Assembly: GCA_001730085.1 (NCBI GenBank)
Contig: MDLB01000104.1
Span: 3,117-67,116 of the forward strand
Length of the DNA: 64,000 nucleotides
Direction: 5' to 3'
Source: PVC group bacterium (ex Bugula neritina AB1)
GTDB lineage: Bacteria; GCA-001730085
Positions 12,501 through 27,500 of the stretch are shown here, in pieces. The stretch's first letter is position 1, and every line of letters starts with the position of its first letter. Both the position numbers and the translations under genes were made by a program. The notes below the pieces were generated by a model, which was not told where the DNA came from, did not search any database, and was given only the letters and a program-made list of their open reading frames with translations.

Positions 12501-15500
12501 ACCTTGATTAACATTTCCTGTTGATTAACCGCTTTACCCTCAAAAACCTTATCTTTAAACATGAATTCAGCCAAAGTGGTGAGATATTGAGAAGGCTTTT
12601 CTTCTAAACGAGAGCGAAAAGACTCTGCAACTTTTGTTCCTAGTTGCGATTTCAAAAAGGACTCATAATGCCATCTCTTTAACATCATAGATAAAGAGAA
12701 AGACTCATCTTTTCCTTTGCCAAAAAGTTTTTTCAAAGGTTGAGTCATCTTCTCCATTAAGCTACCAAGCAAATGCTGCATACGCCCCTTCTTCTTCCCC
12801 TGAAATTGATTACTATCGCTTTCTTCCCAAATCCAGCTTCTATATTTATTCTTCCAATAGCGCAAAGTTATGATCCTTCTTCTAAAAGGCATCGCATTCA
12901 AGTTAAGTTGGATCTGCTCTTTGCTAGGGCGCAAGTTATTCCAGAAAAAATCGGTAACTTTATTTGTGTTTCCAGGCTCCAGAAGATACATCTTAGAATT
13001 GTCAAAGTTACTGCTCCTACTTTGTGCTTTAATAAAGATTTGTTGAACATCATCAATCCTACTTATCAGTTTATGGTCTGCCGCATTCTCTCTCAAAAAC
13101 TTAATCAGTTCACTAGGTGTCCTAACCTTTAATTTCCCATTCTCATCCATTTTAACACCCGAAAATTGACCTTTAGCTAACTTTTGTCCAAAAGAGCCCT
13201 TGTAAACTTTTTGATAAGTCGCAATACCTTTGCCCGAAGAAAACCTAACTATACCAGAGTTAATATCTAAGCCATTGTGCTTGCGCTCATAAGATGACCT
13301 ATATAGGAGATCTCCAAAAACATCCATCAATCTATCCCATTGATTAAACATAGTTATCAGGAACTGAACAAAACTCAATCTAGGCCTTTGCGGAGAAGAA
13401 GAGGACTTAGCATCCGATTTTAAAGTTTGTTTCGAGCCTGAATCAAACTTTTTTTCGAAAGAATTAGATCTATCAACCATTTTACCTCTTAAATATCCTG
13501 TGAGTCTCATCCTTAACCCACCAATACCCTGAAGAATCGTTCTATTAACAAAACCATAAATCTTCATAGGCATCGAAGCCAATGAATACACCGTACCCAA
13601 GAAAATCTTAGATATAAAAAATAATGCCTTATAAAGATGTAAAGTGACCGTCGTAAAGCCTAACTCCGCAAGTTCCTTATGCATATGCTTTTCTAAAGCT
13701 TTTGCCAACATATTCACCTGACGGACTTGGGCTCTATCAAGCACTTTAACTTTCTTGATCTCTTTTAAGGTTTTTTTCTGTCTTTGCAATGACTTAAGAT
13801 GCTTATCAGCATATTCAAACTTCTTTTTTAGACCCTGTTTCGCTTGCCTAAAAGTCCTCATAAAAAGCAAGCCAAAAATTCCTCCAACTACACGAGCGAC
13901 TTGATGGTACTTCTCTGTAAAAAGATTGCTTTTATTAAGTTCTCTCTTAACTCTTACATTTTGCTTTTGATCATCTGTATAAATGAACGAAGCATCTACG
14001 GAAGCAAAAACTAAAGGTAAAGCAAACATTGTCCCAACAACGCCTCCAATCAAAAGCATAAGAAATGAAATAACCAACATCCCTAAAAAAACAGCAATAG
14101 CTCCGCCTTTTGCACCTTCGGTCCAATCTGATATCGTATCAACAAAAGTGTCGTATATCCAACCTTCAGGCAAACCTAAAAGACCTTCCATAAAACCAAC
14201 ATATATTAAGGAAAAACCTTTAAGAGATTCCCACATATCGTACATGCTTCTCAAAGCTGTTGCAGCTAATCCCAATAAGCCGAAAAAGAAACTTGGAAAC
14301 TCCACAAAAATAACCGTAATAAAAAATGCTGAATACTTAGAAGCAAGAGATCTCTGTCTATCTTTCTCTTCCTGTGTATCTGCAAGAAAATTTGCTGATA
14401 TACTATGAATAATAATCCTAGTCGCAGAATAAAGCATCCCAACTGCCAAAACCGAAAGAAGCAAGGGGAGAACAGCCCCTCCAAGGGTTAAAGCCATCAC
14501 AGCAAAAAATATACCTCCTAAAAGGTGTAAAAAGGACATCGCCAACTGAAGTCCTACTGTTTTAAACTTATCCTGCCAACCGATGGAGATTGATTGTATA
14601 TCCTCATCTAAAGCATTACGTAAAAGTTCAGCACGATCAGAGTTATCTTCTATCTGATCTGATGCACTATTACTCGTCATTTCTTTTTTGCCTGTAAAAA
14701 GATTAGAAAGAGCTCCAATAGCTGTACCAACAACATTTGTACCAGTTTCTTCGATTAAAATATAAAAACTGATAGCAAAAGCCTCCACCCCTTTGGAAAA
14801 GTCAACATCATTTCGACCTAAGGAATCATAAGCCTGGAGATAGACTTGTTCATTTTGTTGATCGATATTAGCTATAAAGCGTTTTTCTCCGTGATTCAAA
14901 CTCACGATATCAGTCACATTTTCTCCCATTTCGTAAAAGAGCGTGACTTTGGCAAAATCAAAACTGTAATAAGTATAAGTAGCAAGCATATAGCCATAAG
15001 CATTATATGTGTTAAAGTTTTGCTCAAAATCATAAACAAGTGTAGTCTTTTGTCCGTTTTCATCTTTCTTACCTTTTTGCTCTCGGCCCCTTTTCTTTAG
15101 CACAGCTCTCTCTGAATAAATAGCTTGACCTTGTGAATCATATAGGTGATTTCCAGAAGAAAACTCTGAACCTGGATCTTCCGGACCACTTGTTTCTTCT
15201 CGAAAACTTTTCACTTGACCCTTTTTTCGTTGCAATCGTACGGAGATATCCTTTTCCTCCAACTGATAGCGAAAGGACCCTCCGTCAAAGTTGATTATGA
15301 AATCTTTAATAAAAACAACCTCTTCACCATCTTCTGACCAATACTGTATGCGACCTTCTTTACTATCTCCATCATCAATCCAATGCTTTCTAGATCTTTC
15401 AGATTGAGCGTAAGAATGAATTTTTCCTAAAATTCCTCTTGAACGTAAGTTCTCTGCTTCAAAATTATCACTACGATTATAAGTTTTCTCGTCATAAGCT

Positions 15501-18500
15501 TTTTCCAAACCTATCTGATGAGTTACAGATTCGACATATTCCTTATACATATCTTCATATAGTTCAGCAACGTCGGTCTCTGGATCAAACTTTTTAGGGA
15601 CATAGTAAGAAATATTATCTCGTACTGTTTTTGTCTCTGCTCCAGAAGCAGAAATAGCATACTCCGTATAACCTTTAGCTTGACCGTAAGTTGCATCTTC
15701 AGAAGTTTCCGTATAAAAATCGCTATCAACACGACGGACTAAAGAAAAGTCAAATTTATCTTGCATATCCCCGGTAAAAGACCAATGGTTCAAACGAACC
15801 TCTCTCTCTTCGCCTTCAAGAGAACGTAAGCCCGTTTCAATCCCATCATCAATCTCAGGATCTCTAAAGAAATGTAAAGAAAAACCTTTCACATATGAAG
15901 GCAAACCTTCATCAAGTGAAGGAGAAAAAGGTTCCACATCAAAGTTATCTATCCCAGCAGAAAGATCTCCAAAAAGATTAGATGTTTGTATTCCCTCCCA
16001 AGAGTCTACTTGACTCAAGGAAATACGGGTAAACTGTAGATCTTCATTTTTAACTTTGTCCCGACCATTGTAAAGAACATATATATTATCATTGTGAGAT
16101 TGTGTATTTTTTAAGTGAGGGTTATCCAAATGCCTTTCAACTTCACCAATATTCAAAATTCTCTTAGCTTTATTATCACTAAGATTAAAATGATCCTCTA
16201 AACCTGATGAAATTTGTCCAGCAAACGAAAGATCATAGCTATATTTGTTCACAGCTTTATTAAAAACATAATCATAGATACCATCTTCCGCTTTGTCCAA
16301 ATAAAATGAACCAGATTTTTTCCAAGTATTATTTATGTATCCATAATTTTCACCCCGATCACTAAAAATAACCCTCGAATCTATATATGTGCTTCCTAAC
16401 AAATCTTCCTCTTTAGTCAACCCAAAAAGATTCTGCAAGTAATCTTCATCAAAAAAGTACAACTCAGCTTGTTCAACTTCTGATCGAGATTTATTAACTT
16501 CTTTTCCGAAAGAGGTAAAGTCAAAAGGGTCTTCTTCTTTAGTCATTTTTTCTTCTAAGTTTTTCCAGTTTTCGTCAAGAATATCCACGGTAAGATCATA
16601 TGTTCGAGAAGAAGCCTCTTGCCCCAAACGGTATGTTCTGTCTTTCTTTATAACATGTCTTTCGGTATCATTTAAATGATCAAGAATAACTTCGTAACTA
16701 TTGATCAGTTTATCCGTATAAAATTCAGAAGCTACTCTCTTCGTCAATGTATCTTCCAAAATAATCGCGGGCTCAACAGTCGATGTAACTTTTTTAGACT
16801 GAGAAAAAGTCAGAACATTATCTAAACCATCAAATAAAACATCTTTCATGATTTCAAGAGTATTTCTTTGTCTCAAGTCATCTTTTTTTGCTGTTTTATT
16901 AAAAACGATCCGACCTTTTTCATCATAAGATCTGTCGTTTGTAATACTCTCCTGAATTACCAAGTACTCATCTTCTTTGGTATTTCCTATTCCATATTTA
17001 GCTCTATCCATTTTTTCTTTAGTAACAAGGTCTCTGTCATACGCAAGTACTTCTCTCTTAACTTCTTCACGAGACAAAAGACTTTTATTCCCTAAAGATT
17101 CAAAAGATCCAACATCATAATTTTTAATAGATACCTCTTCATTTTTCAAAAGACCCTTATTGTTTCCTGTCTTAAAGTGATCTCTACGAACTTCTCTTGA
17201 TAAGTAGTTTCTTAAAACCCAAAAAGAGGAATCTTCTAAACCTTCTATCCCATTTCTAATATTCACATATTCACGTTCTTCTTCCTCAAAGGTCACTTCA
17301 TTATCATAAACATCAAAAGAAGCATTCAATCTATTGACCATACGTTTAAGATAGTCTTCACCTTTGCTATCTTTTAAAGTCTCAGTAAGAATATACCCCT
17401 TGGATCTACCACGAAAATCTGTGGAATAAACATGTTTTTCTGTCTCTCTAACAGAAACAGTTTGACCATTTATCGTTTCATAAAGAACCTCTGAATAAAA
17501 CTCCTCAAATCCCTTATTTTCAGAAAAAGAAGTCGCCAAACGCTTTGTTTCCAAAACTCTTTGAGGTTTTGATTCATCATGTTGAAAAGATGTATAAGAG
17601 ATCCCACGTCCTTGATGATCCCAAGAGTGGATTTGTTTTTTGACATTCATAACGGACTTCTGTTTTGAAAGATTTTTATCCATCAAATCCGAAATATCTT
17701 TAGCGACAACCATGTTCAAAAGGTTATCTCTATCAAGAAGGTTTAAAACATCAACTTTTGTACTTCTAATATCAACATTAGAAATATAACCACCCTTAAA
17801 GTCATTGTCTTTCAAAATCAAAGAAACACGATCTGTTGAAGAATTCCAGTTTGTTTCTATTTCTTGAGTTGGATTTTCACGATACCCCTCATATGTCAAA
17901 AAACGCTTCTGAATTCTATAGGGATCAGGGGTTTCAGGAGTGAAAGAAACTTTCTCAAAACGTTCAAGTCTTTTACGCGAATCATAAAAATATTTTTCAA
18001 CTTCTGTGTCCAATAGTTTTCCGTATTCACTCATATTTTCAGAGTTGATCGTTTCTAGATTTTCTAAGAATGATGATACTTGAGATATATCATAGTTTTT
18101 ACGAACTTTTTTTATCAATTTAGATGCTGAATTATACAGCATAGAAAAATCACTACAGTTAGTTTCTACAGAAGCCAAACCCTTTTCAACGTCAAGATCC
18201 GCAATATAGTTTTCTGTAACAACCTTGTACGATATAAGATCACCGTTTAAGTTATAAACATGTCCAACCTCACGTTCAATTGAACGAGGAATATCACTAA
18301 CGTCAGCCAAAACATTGGCAGATCGATAAGTCAAAGACTCTTTGCCATTCAAACGCCCTTTTTCATTATAAGAAAAAGACGACTGAATAACCTGTCTTAA
18401 AAAATTATCTTGTGTATTTTTTTCAGAAGAAGCTCTTGTCGAAATGAGCTCATTCTTGCTCAAAACTCGGTCAAAAGCACGATCATAAACAATATCTGAA

Positions 18501-21500
18501 GTTTCCCGATGAAGTTGAACTTGATATGGAGAAAACTTGTTATAGAAAATATCCTGTTGACGATAAGATATAAGCTTAGGGTCTAAAAAATATTGATCTT
18601 TTTTGCTTAAACGATTCAAAGCATCATACTCATTATGAACAATCTCATTCCTAAAAAGATTTTGATCCGAATCATACGACTTACGATTTTCTACAACAGC
18701 TAAAGTATCTCCAACAGTGTTGCCGCTATAGCTCCGACCTATCATCAAACCTCTAACCTGCTTATTATTCGCATATGACAAAGATTCTTCAAGAGTTTTT
18801 CGATCTAAATTATCATACTCAAAATACTTATTATCGGTAACAACAAAGTCAGATTTTGCTATATCTTTTAAAACCTCAGCAGAAGGTAAAGAAATAAAAC
18901 CTTCCTTGTCTGTTTTTATACCTTCAAAAAGATACTTAAAAGATTTAACTTGATACCTTTCTTCTAAAAGACGCCTTTGAAGATCTCCTAAACCTTCAAC
19001 GGTGCCATTTTCCATTAATCTTATATTTCCACCACCTTTTCTATCATAACGAAAATCTTTAACATACTCATATCCGTTTTTAAAAGTTGTGGAGAGAACC
19101 TCTCCAGATGGTGAGGACGATAAAGCAAGCTCATATTCAAGACGATAGTCATTAGCATCATCTTTTTTATAAACAGAAAGAGTTTTGCTTTCCTCAGACA
19201 AAGCTCCCCCTTGAAAAATTTTCCTTAAAGTTTTAATGGGACGACTATATTTATCATATTGATAATATTCTTCAGAAACTCGACCTTTATCATTGTCTTC
19301 AAAAGTCAATTTAGATCCTCTAGCGTACTCCGTAGAAACTTTTTTAGATACTTGTTTATCCAAGTTATACTCATAATTAACTTTTACAGTAAGACCAGGA
19401 ACTTCTTCAAAGTTTTCCTGATCATAACCATAAGTGGTGATCGTTTCCTCTTCAAGCAAACCACTCTGTGTAAAAGTTCTAAAAACTCTCTCACCACGCA
19501 TTTGAGAAAAGTTACCGCCTGTCACATCAAAAAGGGTTTTCTTTGAATATGTCACACGTCCCTCTTCATCAAAACGATAATTATGCGTTTTCTCTATTTG
19601 AGCAGATGTTCGACGTCCTGTCACATCATAATAGGCTACCTTCTTTTCACTCAAGACAACATTTCCCTGAATATCACTTGTAAAAAGATGGGTGATAACT
19701 TTATAAAGGTCACCTTTTTCATTGAAAAATTCTTCACGACTACCTTCTCTTTTATCTTCGGAAAGAAATTTAGAAAGAACCGTCTTCGATTGATCATTGA
19801 CGGACAAGTCCCCTACATTTTCTTCAGGTACTTTGGAAGTCTTCCGAAAATCTACAGATAACTGTTTCCCTCTAGCATCATAGGTAAACTTTCTCGTTTC
19901 TCTATTTTGAAAGTTCAAATTTTCCAAGAAAGAACCTTCTTGAAGAAGTGAACTGAACTCTCCAGAAATGATTTTATCTTCAATAGTCTTATAATAGTCA
20001 GGGTCTAAAAATGATCTTTTTTCCATAACAACCCTATCCATTCTATCGTATAGAAAATCGTAACGTGTTGTACGAGAATATTCTCCCCCTTTATTAATAT
20101 TAGTCACAAAGCGACTTGCAACACGTCCTATAGCATCATATTTCATTTGAACATTAGAGCCTACTTCAAAGTCCCAACGTAAAAATTCTTCATTCCATAC
20201 ATAGTCTTTTCTCTCTTGAGCAATAACTCGATTAGTGTCAAAAGACTTGTTCATATTATCCTCATAGTAATAAACCAAGTCTGTTTTTCTTCTAACATCA
20301 GAGTTTTCATCGTAAAAAAAGTCTCTCGAACGAACAACTTTTCCAGTGACATCATAAGAAGAGATGCGGTAACCTGTTTCCTTCTTTTCTAAATAGCTCG
20401 AATATTTAAAGTTCACATCATAACTACGTGACTTTAAAAGTTCTTTTGTTAACCTAAAAGCTTCTCCAAGGATATGTATCGCAAAAGCAAGCAAGTCGCG
20501 AACCGTTTGAAAAACATCCGATGGATTCAAAAAAAGATTGATAAAGATATTCCTAATACTTTCAATAAGAGTAGGATTAGAGTCATTCAAAGCATAACGT
20601 TCTTGCCACCAAGAAACATACGTATCAATGATCGATGTCTTAACATTTTCAAGATCATCAGATTTAGATTCAAAGTCAGCATCGTTTAACTTATTAGCAA
20701 TCTCTATTTGACCAGTATCTGCAACGTTATATTCGTATTTCTCTATTTTTTGAGAAAGAATTTGACCTCTATGTCCATATTGATAGTCATCATACCTCTC
20801 CTCGCTTTTCAGAAAAAGTCTTGTCTCACCTTCTTTCAACAAATCAAGACTACCTATGCCTGCTTTAGATTTACCCTCAACATAAGCATAGTGCTTTTTT
20901 GAAGAAGAGCGAACATTGTCAAAAAGATTATAGGCAATATCCTCTTCATCACGAGAAATCAAAAGCGATGAACGAGCATCTTCAGAAAAAGCTTTTTTTA
21001 TAGAAACCTTTTTAGAAATAAGACCCTTGTCAAAATCATAAAAGTCTTCAAGCACTTCCTCTTTCAAAAGCCCTTGTAGCTTCTGTACACTAAATCTTTC
21101 ATATTTCTCATACATACGTATACGTGTTTGAGCAATTTTTCCATTAGAGTGATACGTATAACTAATAGAGTTGTAGAGAGATTGATTCATATCGGAACCA
21201 TCTTTTTTTAATGGCGTTTTGAAAAAAATACGATTTTTTACTAAACCATCTTTTCTATACGTGATATCAAGTGTCTGTTCTCGCAAATTATTCAATCTAT
21301 TTAAAGAGTCAACTGTCCTCCGAACACCATTTTGATCATACCCATATATCTTAACCTCATCTCTAGTCACGTTGAAGAAATTATTCTTAGCAATATCTTT
21401 AGATATATCTAGATTTTTTGAACGTACTTCATTCAAGTCCCATAAAGGATTTTTGCCATCAAATAAATCGCCTTGACCATTCAAAGAGTATCCTTTAAAG

Positions 21501-24500
21501 GTTTCTTTTTTAGGCCTATTAGAAGAGTGATCATACCCTTCAATCTCAACAGTACTAATAGTGGAAATATTAAAAATATCTATCGTTAAAAAAGATTTCA
21601 ATATTTTTTCAATACTAAAAAGATTTCCAGTTTTTCCTAAAAGCTGATCAACAACATTTTGAGCAGTTTGCTCAAGAGCACCCGCTTGAACCACAAGAGA
21701 AACAAATTTTGAGCGAAAAGCATTCGATTTATTTTTAAATTCTTCAGAAAAAAATGAACTCAACTCATCTGTCTCTGTTTTCAAATCTAGCAAGTACTCT
21801 TTAAAGTTAGAAATCTCTAGCCCAATTTCTTGCCAAGCATCATTTATCAATCCTATCTGCTGTCTTAAGGAGTCAAGACCATATACAGCTTTTTCATTCC
21901 TAAAAATGACTTCTTTTTGCTTATCTCCATCTTCTGTATAAAATGTCTGTGAATATTGACTATCTTTATAAACAAAGTCAGAAGGATCATTCTTCGAAAC
22001 ATTTTCAGATGAACTATATTTAAATAGGTCTTTTTGAACGAAAACTCTCTGAAAGTTTTTATTATAAGAAAAACTTTGTGTGGACAATTCTATATCATAA
22101 TACTGATTGCCACTTGAGTCAGGATCTGTACCTTCATGAGAAACTTTTCTTAATGTCCAAAGTCCATCTTTTGCTCTAATGTAGCGATATTTAATTTCCG
22201 TTGATCCCAAGATATAGTTTGTTTCAACTTTTCTATTTTCTACAATATTTCCTAAATGGTCCAAAATATCAATATTTGTTTCAAGATATCCTTCGGATGC
22301 ATTCCATTGGATCTTTTTCAATTCCGAAACAGTTTCTCCGTCAGAATCATAAACAAAAACATCTGTTTCAACCGACTCACGATTATTTTTATCATTATAT
22401 GTATACCTAGAAAGAGTTAATTGAAGACGGCCTTGACTATCATAAGAAAATTCAGTAGAAACCAGCAAGTTACCTCTTTCATCAAAAATAGGAGAAGAAA
22501 GATCCTCTTCTGTATAAAAACCATACGATAGGATTTTTTCTATCATATCTGAAGAAAGTCCAGCTTCCCATTTAGAGTCTAAAGAATAGACACCATTATC
22601 GATACGATCCTCATTCTTAGAAATCATTCGACCTGCAATATCATATTTCATATCCCATGTATAACTTATATTTACATTAGCATCTCTATCTTCCGTGCGC
22701 GTATTTTGAGATAAAAGACGCCCCATTCCATCATATGTCATACCCCAAACAGTTTTTTTCTCTATGTTGTCAAAGGTTTTGTTTATCTCCTTATAAGAGG
22801 AAACCTGACCAAGCTTATTATAATGTATATTTCTTCTCTCCAAAAAGCTTGTCACACCATTGACAATTCTTTTTTCAAAAAATGAATCAACTTGACCATG
22901 TGTGTTATATGTATTCGTTCTCTCAGTAATAAAGTTAGAAACAACATTACCACCAGCATATTTATATTCAACATCTTTATAAGAAGTCACTCTCCCTAAT
23001 TGATCATAATCTGTATTAATCCTAGAGGTCTCTTGTGTAATCTCTGGGGTAGAAAAATCACGAATGGTGTCTGTATAACTGATCGATCTACCAAGATTGT
23101 CAAAAATAACATTATCACGAATTGTCTCAATCTGAACAGATTCTGAATCAATGCCAAAGCGTGTCAAAAGCTCTCTATAGGAAGATACCTTTCCTATATT
23201 TTTATCATAAGATAATGCTTCCCACGATGTATGCAAAACCATGTCTTTAGCATCTGAACTCGTTGATATATTCTCATAACTTTTTCTACGACCCAACGCG
23301 TCATAAAGAACATTCTGATAAGAGCTTCTACGCGATCTAGAAAAAATGTTACTATCTTTTGTCGATGCTAAACTACTTTCAACTATTGTTTCAGTGTAAG
23401 CCTCTCTACGACCCAAAATATCATATTTTATATTTTCTAATATAACCTTTTCTAAAAGATCAAGAGATTTCAAACTTCTACTTGCGTCTGTATATCCAAC
23501 AATTCTTCCTAGTTTGTCATATTTAGCACCTAGGCGAACCGTCCACTTACTATTAGATGGATCTGAAGAGTTCCACTCGTGATCACGATAACCCACAACT
23601 TGCCCAATCGCATTATAAGTAATACCAAGGCGTTGCGTTCTTGTTCTAATATCTAAAAGAATACGTCCATCTTTCAATAAAAAGCGACGACCTTCACCTT
23701 TATAAGTTTTCTCTTGCCCTAAACTATTATAAAAAGTAGCATGCCTAACATCCGTTTTGGTTTCTTCTGAATCATCTGTTTTAGAGACCTCTACATAAGA
23801 AAACACCCTGTTTTTATCATACGTGATATCCATTCTTCTAACGCTTGATGTCTCTTTTAAAAGAGGTTCATCTTTCAAATCTTCATTTTTCAAAGGTGTT
23901 TCTTTTTTCTCAAAAACATCAAAGTATTCAACAACCTGACCAACTGTGTTATATCTTATATCACTTCTAGTCTGTTCAGTTGTAAGCCCTGTATTCAAAT
24001 CAAGAGTTTTTTCAACAAAAGATTGCAGCTGACCATCCCCGTTATAAAGCATATTCTTACGGTCAACTTTTTTAAGATCAACAAAGCTAATCAATAAATC
24101 ACCCTTCAAATCTTCTAAAGAAATATCAAGACCATTAAGAGAAAGAGATCCACCTTCGTAAATTTTTTGAATTTGAGTAACCGTTAGGTCCTCCCACTTC
24201 GTAACGCCAGTTCCCATTCGCCCTAGTTTAGAATAGTCCACTTGATTTTTTTCAATAAAACTTCCTTCTCGACGTATTTCCTCACTATAACTTTCAACAA
24301 AACCTTTAGCATCATAAACAGTTGATAATCTTGTAGTCTTCGACCTTTTTTTTAATAAAGGTTCATATTTATAATCAATAAATGTTATCAATTGACCTTT
24401 TTTATTATAAGAAATAGCTTCTCTAGAAGTATTCTCTATCTCATTTTTTTCAAAAAGTATATTCTTTTCAACTTTTCTTAAGAAGCGAATTTTTTCTAAA

Positions 24501-27500
24501 GATAAACTCTCAAAGGCTTCATTAATAAGCGTATTAGCAAAAGAATTAACAATGAAAGGTTCAGTTAAGAAAATCCTCTCTAACTCATGAAATATACTAT
24601 TTTGAAGAGCCAAAGCCTCATCAGAAGCGTTATTAGCTAATTTTCGCTGATCTGCCATATTCTTTTCAATAGAAATATCCGTACGGAGCTCATCAATAAA
24701 GTCCGTCACAAACTTTCCTTTAAAATCAAATGACCAAGGTTGCTCAGATTCTTGTTTCTCTTGCAAGATTCTCTCTAAAAGCAAGCTAACATAGCCCTCT
24801 ATTTCAGAAGACCATTGTTTTTGAGTAGCGTACTTAGAAACAATATCTCTCAAAAGAGCATAATTAGAGGTATGTGAAGATCTAAGAAGCTCTTCACTCT
24901 CATCAGCACCCATCGAGCGACTTTCATCAGCTAAATAAAGTTCAAACTGGTAAGTTTCTCCTCTAAAAAAAACTTCATCACCGGCAAAAAGAAACCTTTG
25001 TTGTTCAGGAGACATCTCATCAAAAGTACCTCCCGCCTTCCAAAAGTCACTCCACATCTCTTCAGTCCATGCGTCTGGAACAACAAAAGTAACTTCTGTT
25101 CTATCCAAAGATTTTCCTCTAAGGATTTTAGTCTCATCATAACTTTCAACAAGACCAACAGAATTATATTCCGTACTTTTTCTAAAAACAGTCTCTTTCA
25201 TATTGGGATCTACGTTATTGAAAGTGGTTTGACGATATGAGTCCAACTGACCGAGCTGAGTATATGTCATCTCATCTTTATGTTGGGAAACAACTTCTTC
25301 AAATGAGAAATCATAAACACGGGCAACAAGGGTATTGGCATTGATCATTTCCAAGTCTTTTTCATTAATAACACCATCATTAAAAAGATCAAAAGCTTTC
25401 CAGTCTTCATCAGTATCCTTCAAAAGACCTTGATCTGACAAATTCATTAACGCATGCATTTTTTGAAGCAAAAGATCTTTCTGATATTTGATCTCCTGTC
25501 TCCTAGTTAAACCTTTTTTACGAGAAAGCTCTCGTGAAGAAACAATCTGTCCCAAGTTATTGTAAAAAATATCAAAATTATCTGTTGTAACAGTTATATC
25601 AGGTGTATCACTAGAAGTTGAAATATCAGTATATTTCTCCATTTGACCCAAAAGGTTATAAGAAATAGAAGAACGCGTCAATGAACTCGAGCTCTGAAAA
25701 AGCTCAGGATAAACATTCTCTGACAAACGCAATGTGTCTCCCTCAAATAAAAGAGACTCTCCCTTTAAAAGTGCAACCTGTTTGTCAACAGTAAAAGAGG
25801 CTCTAGATTTAAAATCACCCATTGTCTTATAGGATAGATTACCTGCAGAGTCTTTAAGTTCAAAAATAACATCATCAAGTTTACCAAGTTTTTCAGAATA
25901 GGTAAGCCTTACATCTTTAAATAACCTTTCGCGACTAGCACTATCATATTCCGTGTTTATACGAAAAGATATTTCTTTAATATCAGGTTTAGATTCATTC
26001 CACGATTCATCAACATAGGAAACTAATCGATTAAAGGAGTCATAGGTTGCTTGATCACGTGAAAGAAACGTTACTTGATCTAAAGTCACCTCTTTTTTTT
26101 CTTGATGACGAACAATAACATTTTCATTCCCTTGAGCAAAAGAACTAAAATCCTGACTTTTACTAGTTGAAAAATATTCAAGCGCATCTGAACTAAGATC
26201 TTGTTCAACAATAATTTCTGACTCAATCTCCACCACAGAAGCATTATCAAAAACACCTGCTTGTTGTTCAAGTGATGCATTAAACTCCTGTTCATCAAGA
26301 TAAAAAGTTTTTGAAGCATCAATTATTTTAAATAAACTTTCACCGCGTAAAAGAGCTTTCTTATGCCTTTCGGACAAAGAATCAAAATCACTTTGTGACA
26401 TGTCATCCGAAAGAACAAAATATTCATCAACAATTTTTTCCATAGGCGTGTCTTCAGGAATATAACGTCGCGTAGCTCTTTCATAACCGATGATTTGACC
26501 CAAAGCATTCTTACGTATGCCAGATTGCAACGTTAAATCATGAACACCTTCTGAATCAACGATCAACTCTTCAAAACTTATTTCGTGCCCCAAAGTATTA
26601 TAATTTATATTATCTTTAACTTTACGAGTATAGCTATCAAGCCTACTTTCAACTTTTAATCTATCAAGAGTTAAATAATACTGAGCGTTCTCTTCAAAAA
26701 GATCATACTCTTCCGGAGAGTCAATACGGTTGGTAACATTCACGTTTTCTCCCGCGTATAATTTCCCTAACTCCTCATCTGTTAAAAGCTTAGCTATCTC
26801 AAGTTCTTTTAACTCCCCTTCTAAGAAAGTCCGCATAGAACTTTCAAATCCATTTCGAACTTCAATTTGATCTATTTTTCTAACATAACCCGCATCATCA
26901 TAGTCGGTCAAAACGCGCTCTGTAGTATCGATAACATTTGGTGAATCACTAGATCTACTTGTTTCAATAAAAGAAAACAATCTCCCTGCATCATCGTAAG
27001 TAACACCGGATCGATTCGTCACATTAAAAACATCTAGTGTTTTCATCCCAAGCCTATCTCTAGAGATTTCTTGATCTCTTCTTGTGTAACTAGAAGAACG
27101 ACCAATCTGATCATAAGACATATTACCTTGAACACTATATATATCTTTTTGAAAAATTTTCTGAAAACTTAAAGGCAGAAAAACAAGTTTTCCATCCAAA
27201 AAAACCTTTTGACCTTTCAAAAGTTTTTGTCTATCCGAAAATCCCAAAGATGACCAGGAGGGTTCCTTAGAGTCATAAGACTCGTCGACCAAAATTTCCT
27301 CAGAATAACCATTTTCTTGTGTTTTTTCATTAAAAGAGATCTCAAATCCTAAGCTATTCGTAAGAATATGAGACTTTGTTGTAATTGTTTCTTTTTGAGG
27401 GGAAGACGACGACCTTTCAACAGACTGCAAAGCAGAGATTTGACCAACATCATCATATAAAGTATAAACTCTCTCCCGAAAAGTAACGATATCCAAAAAG

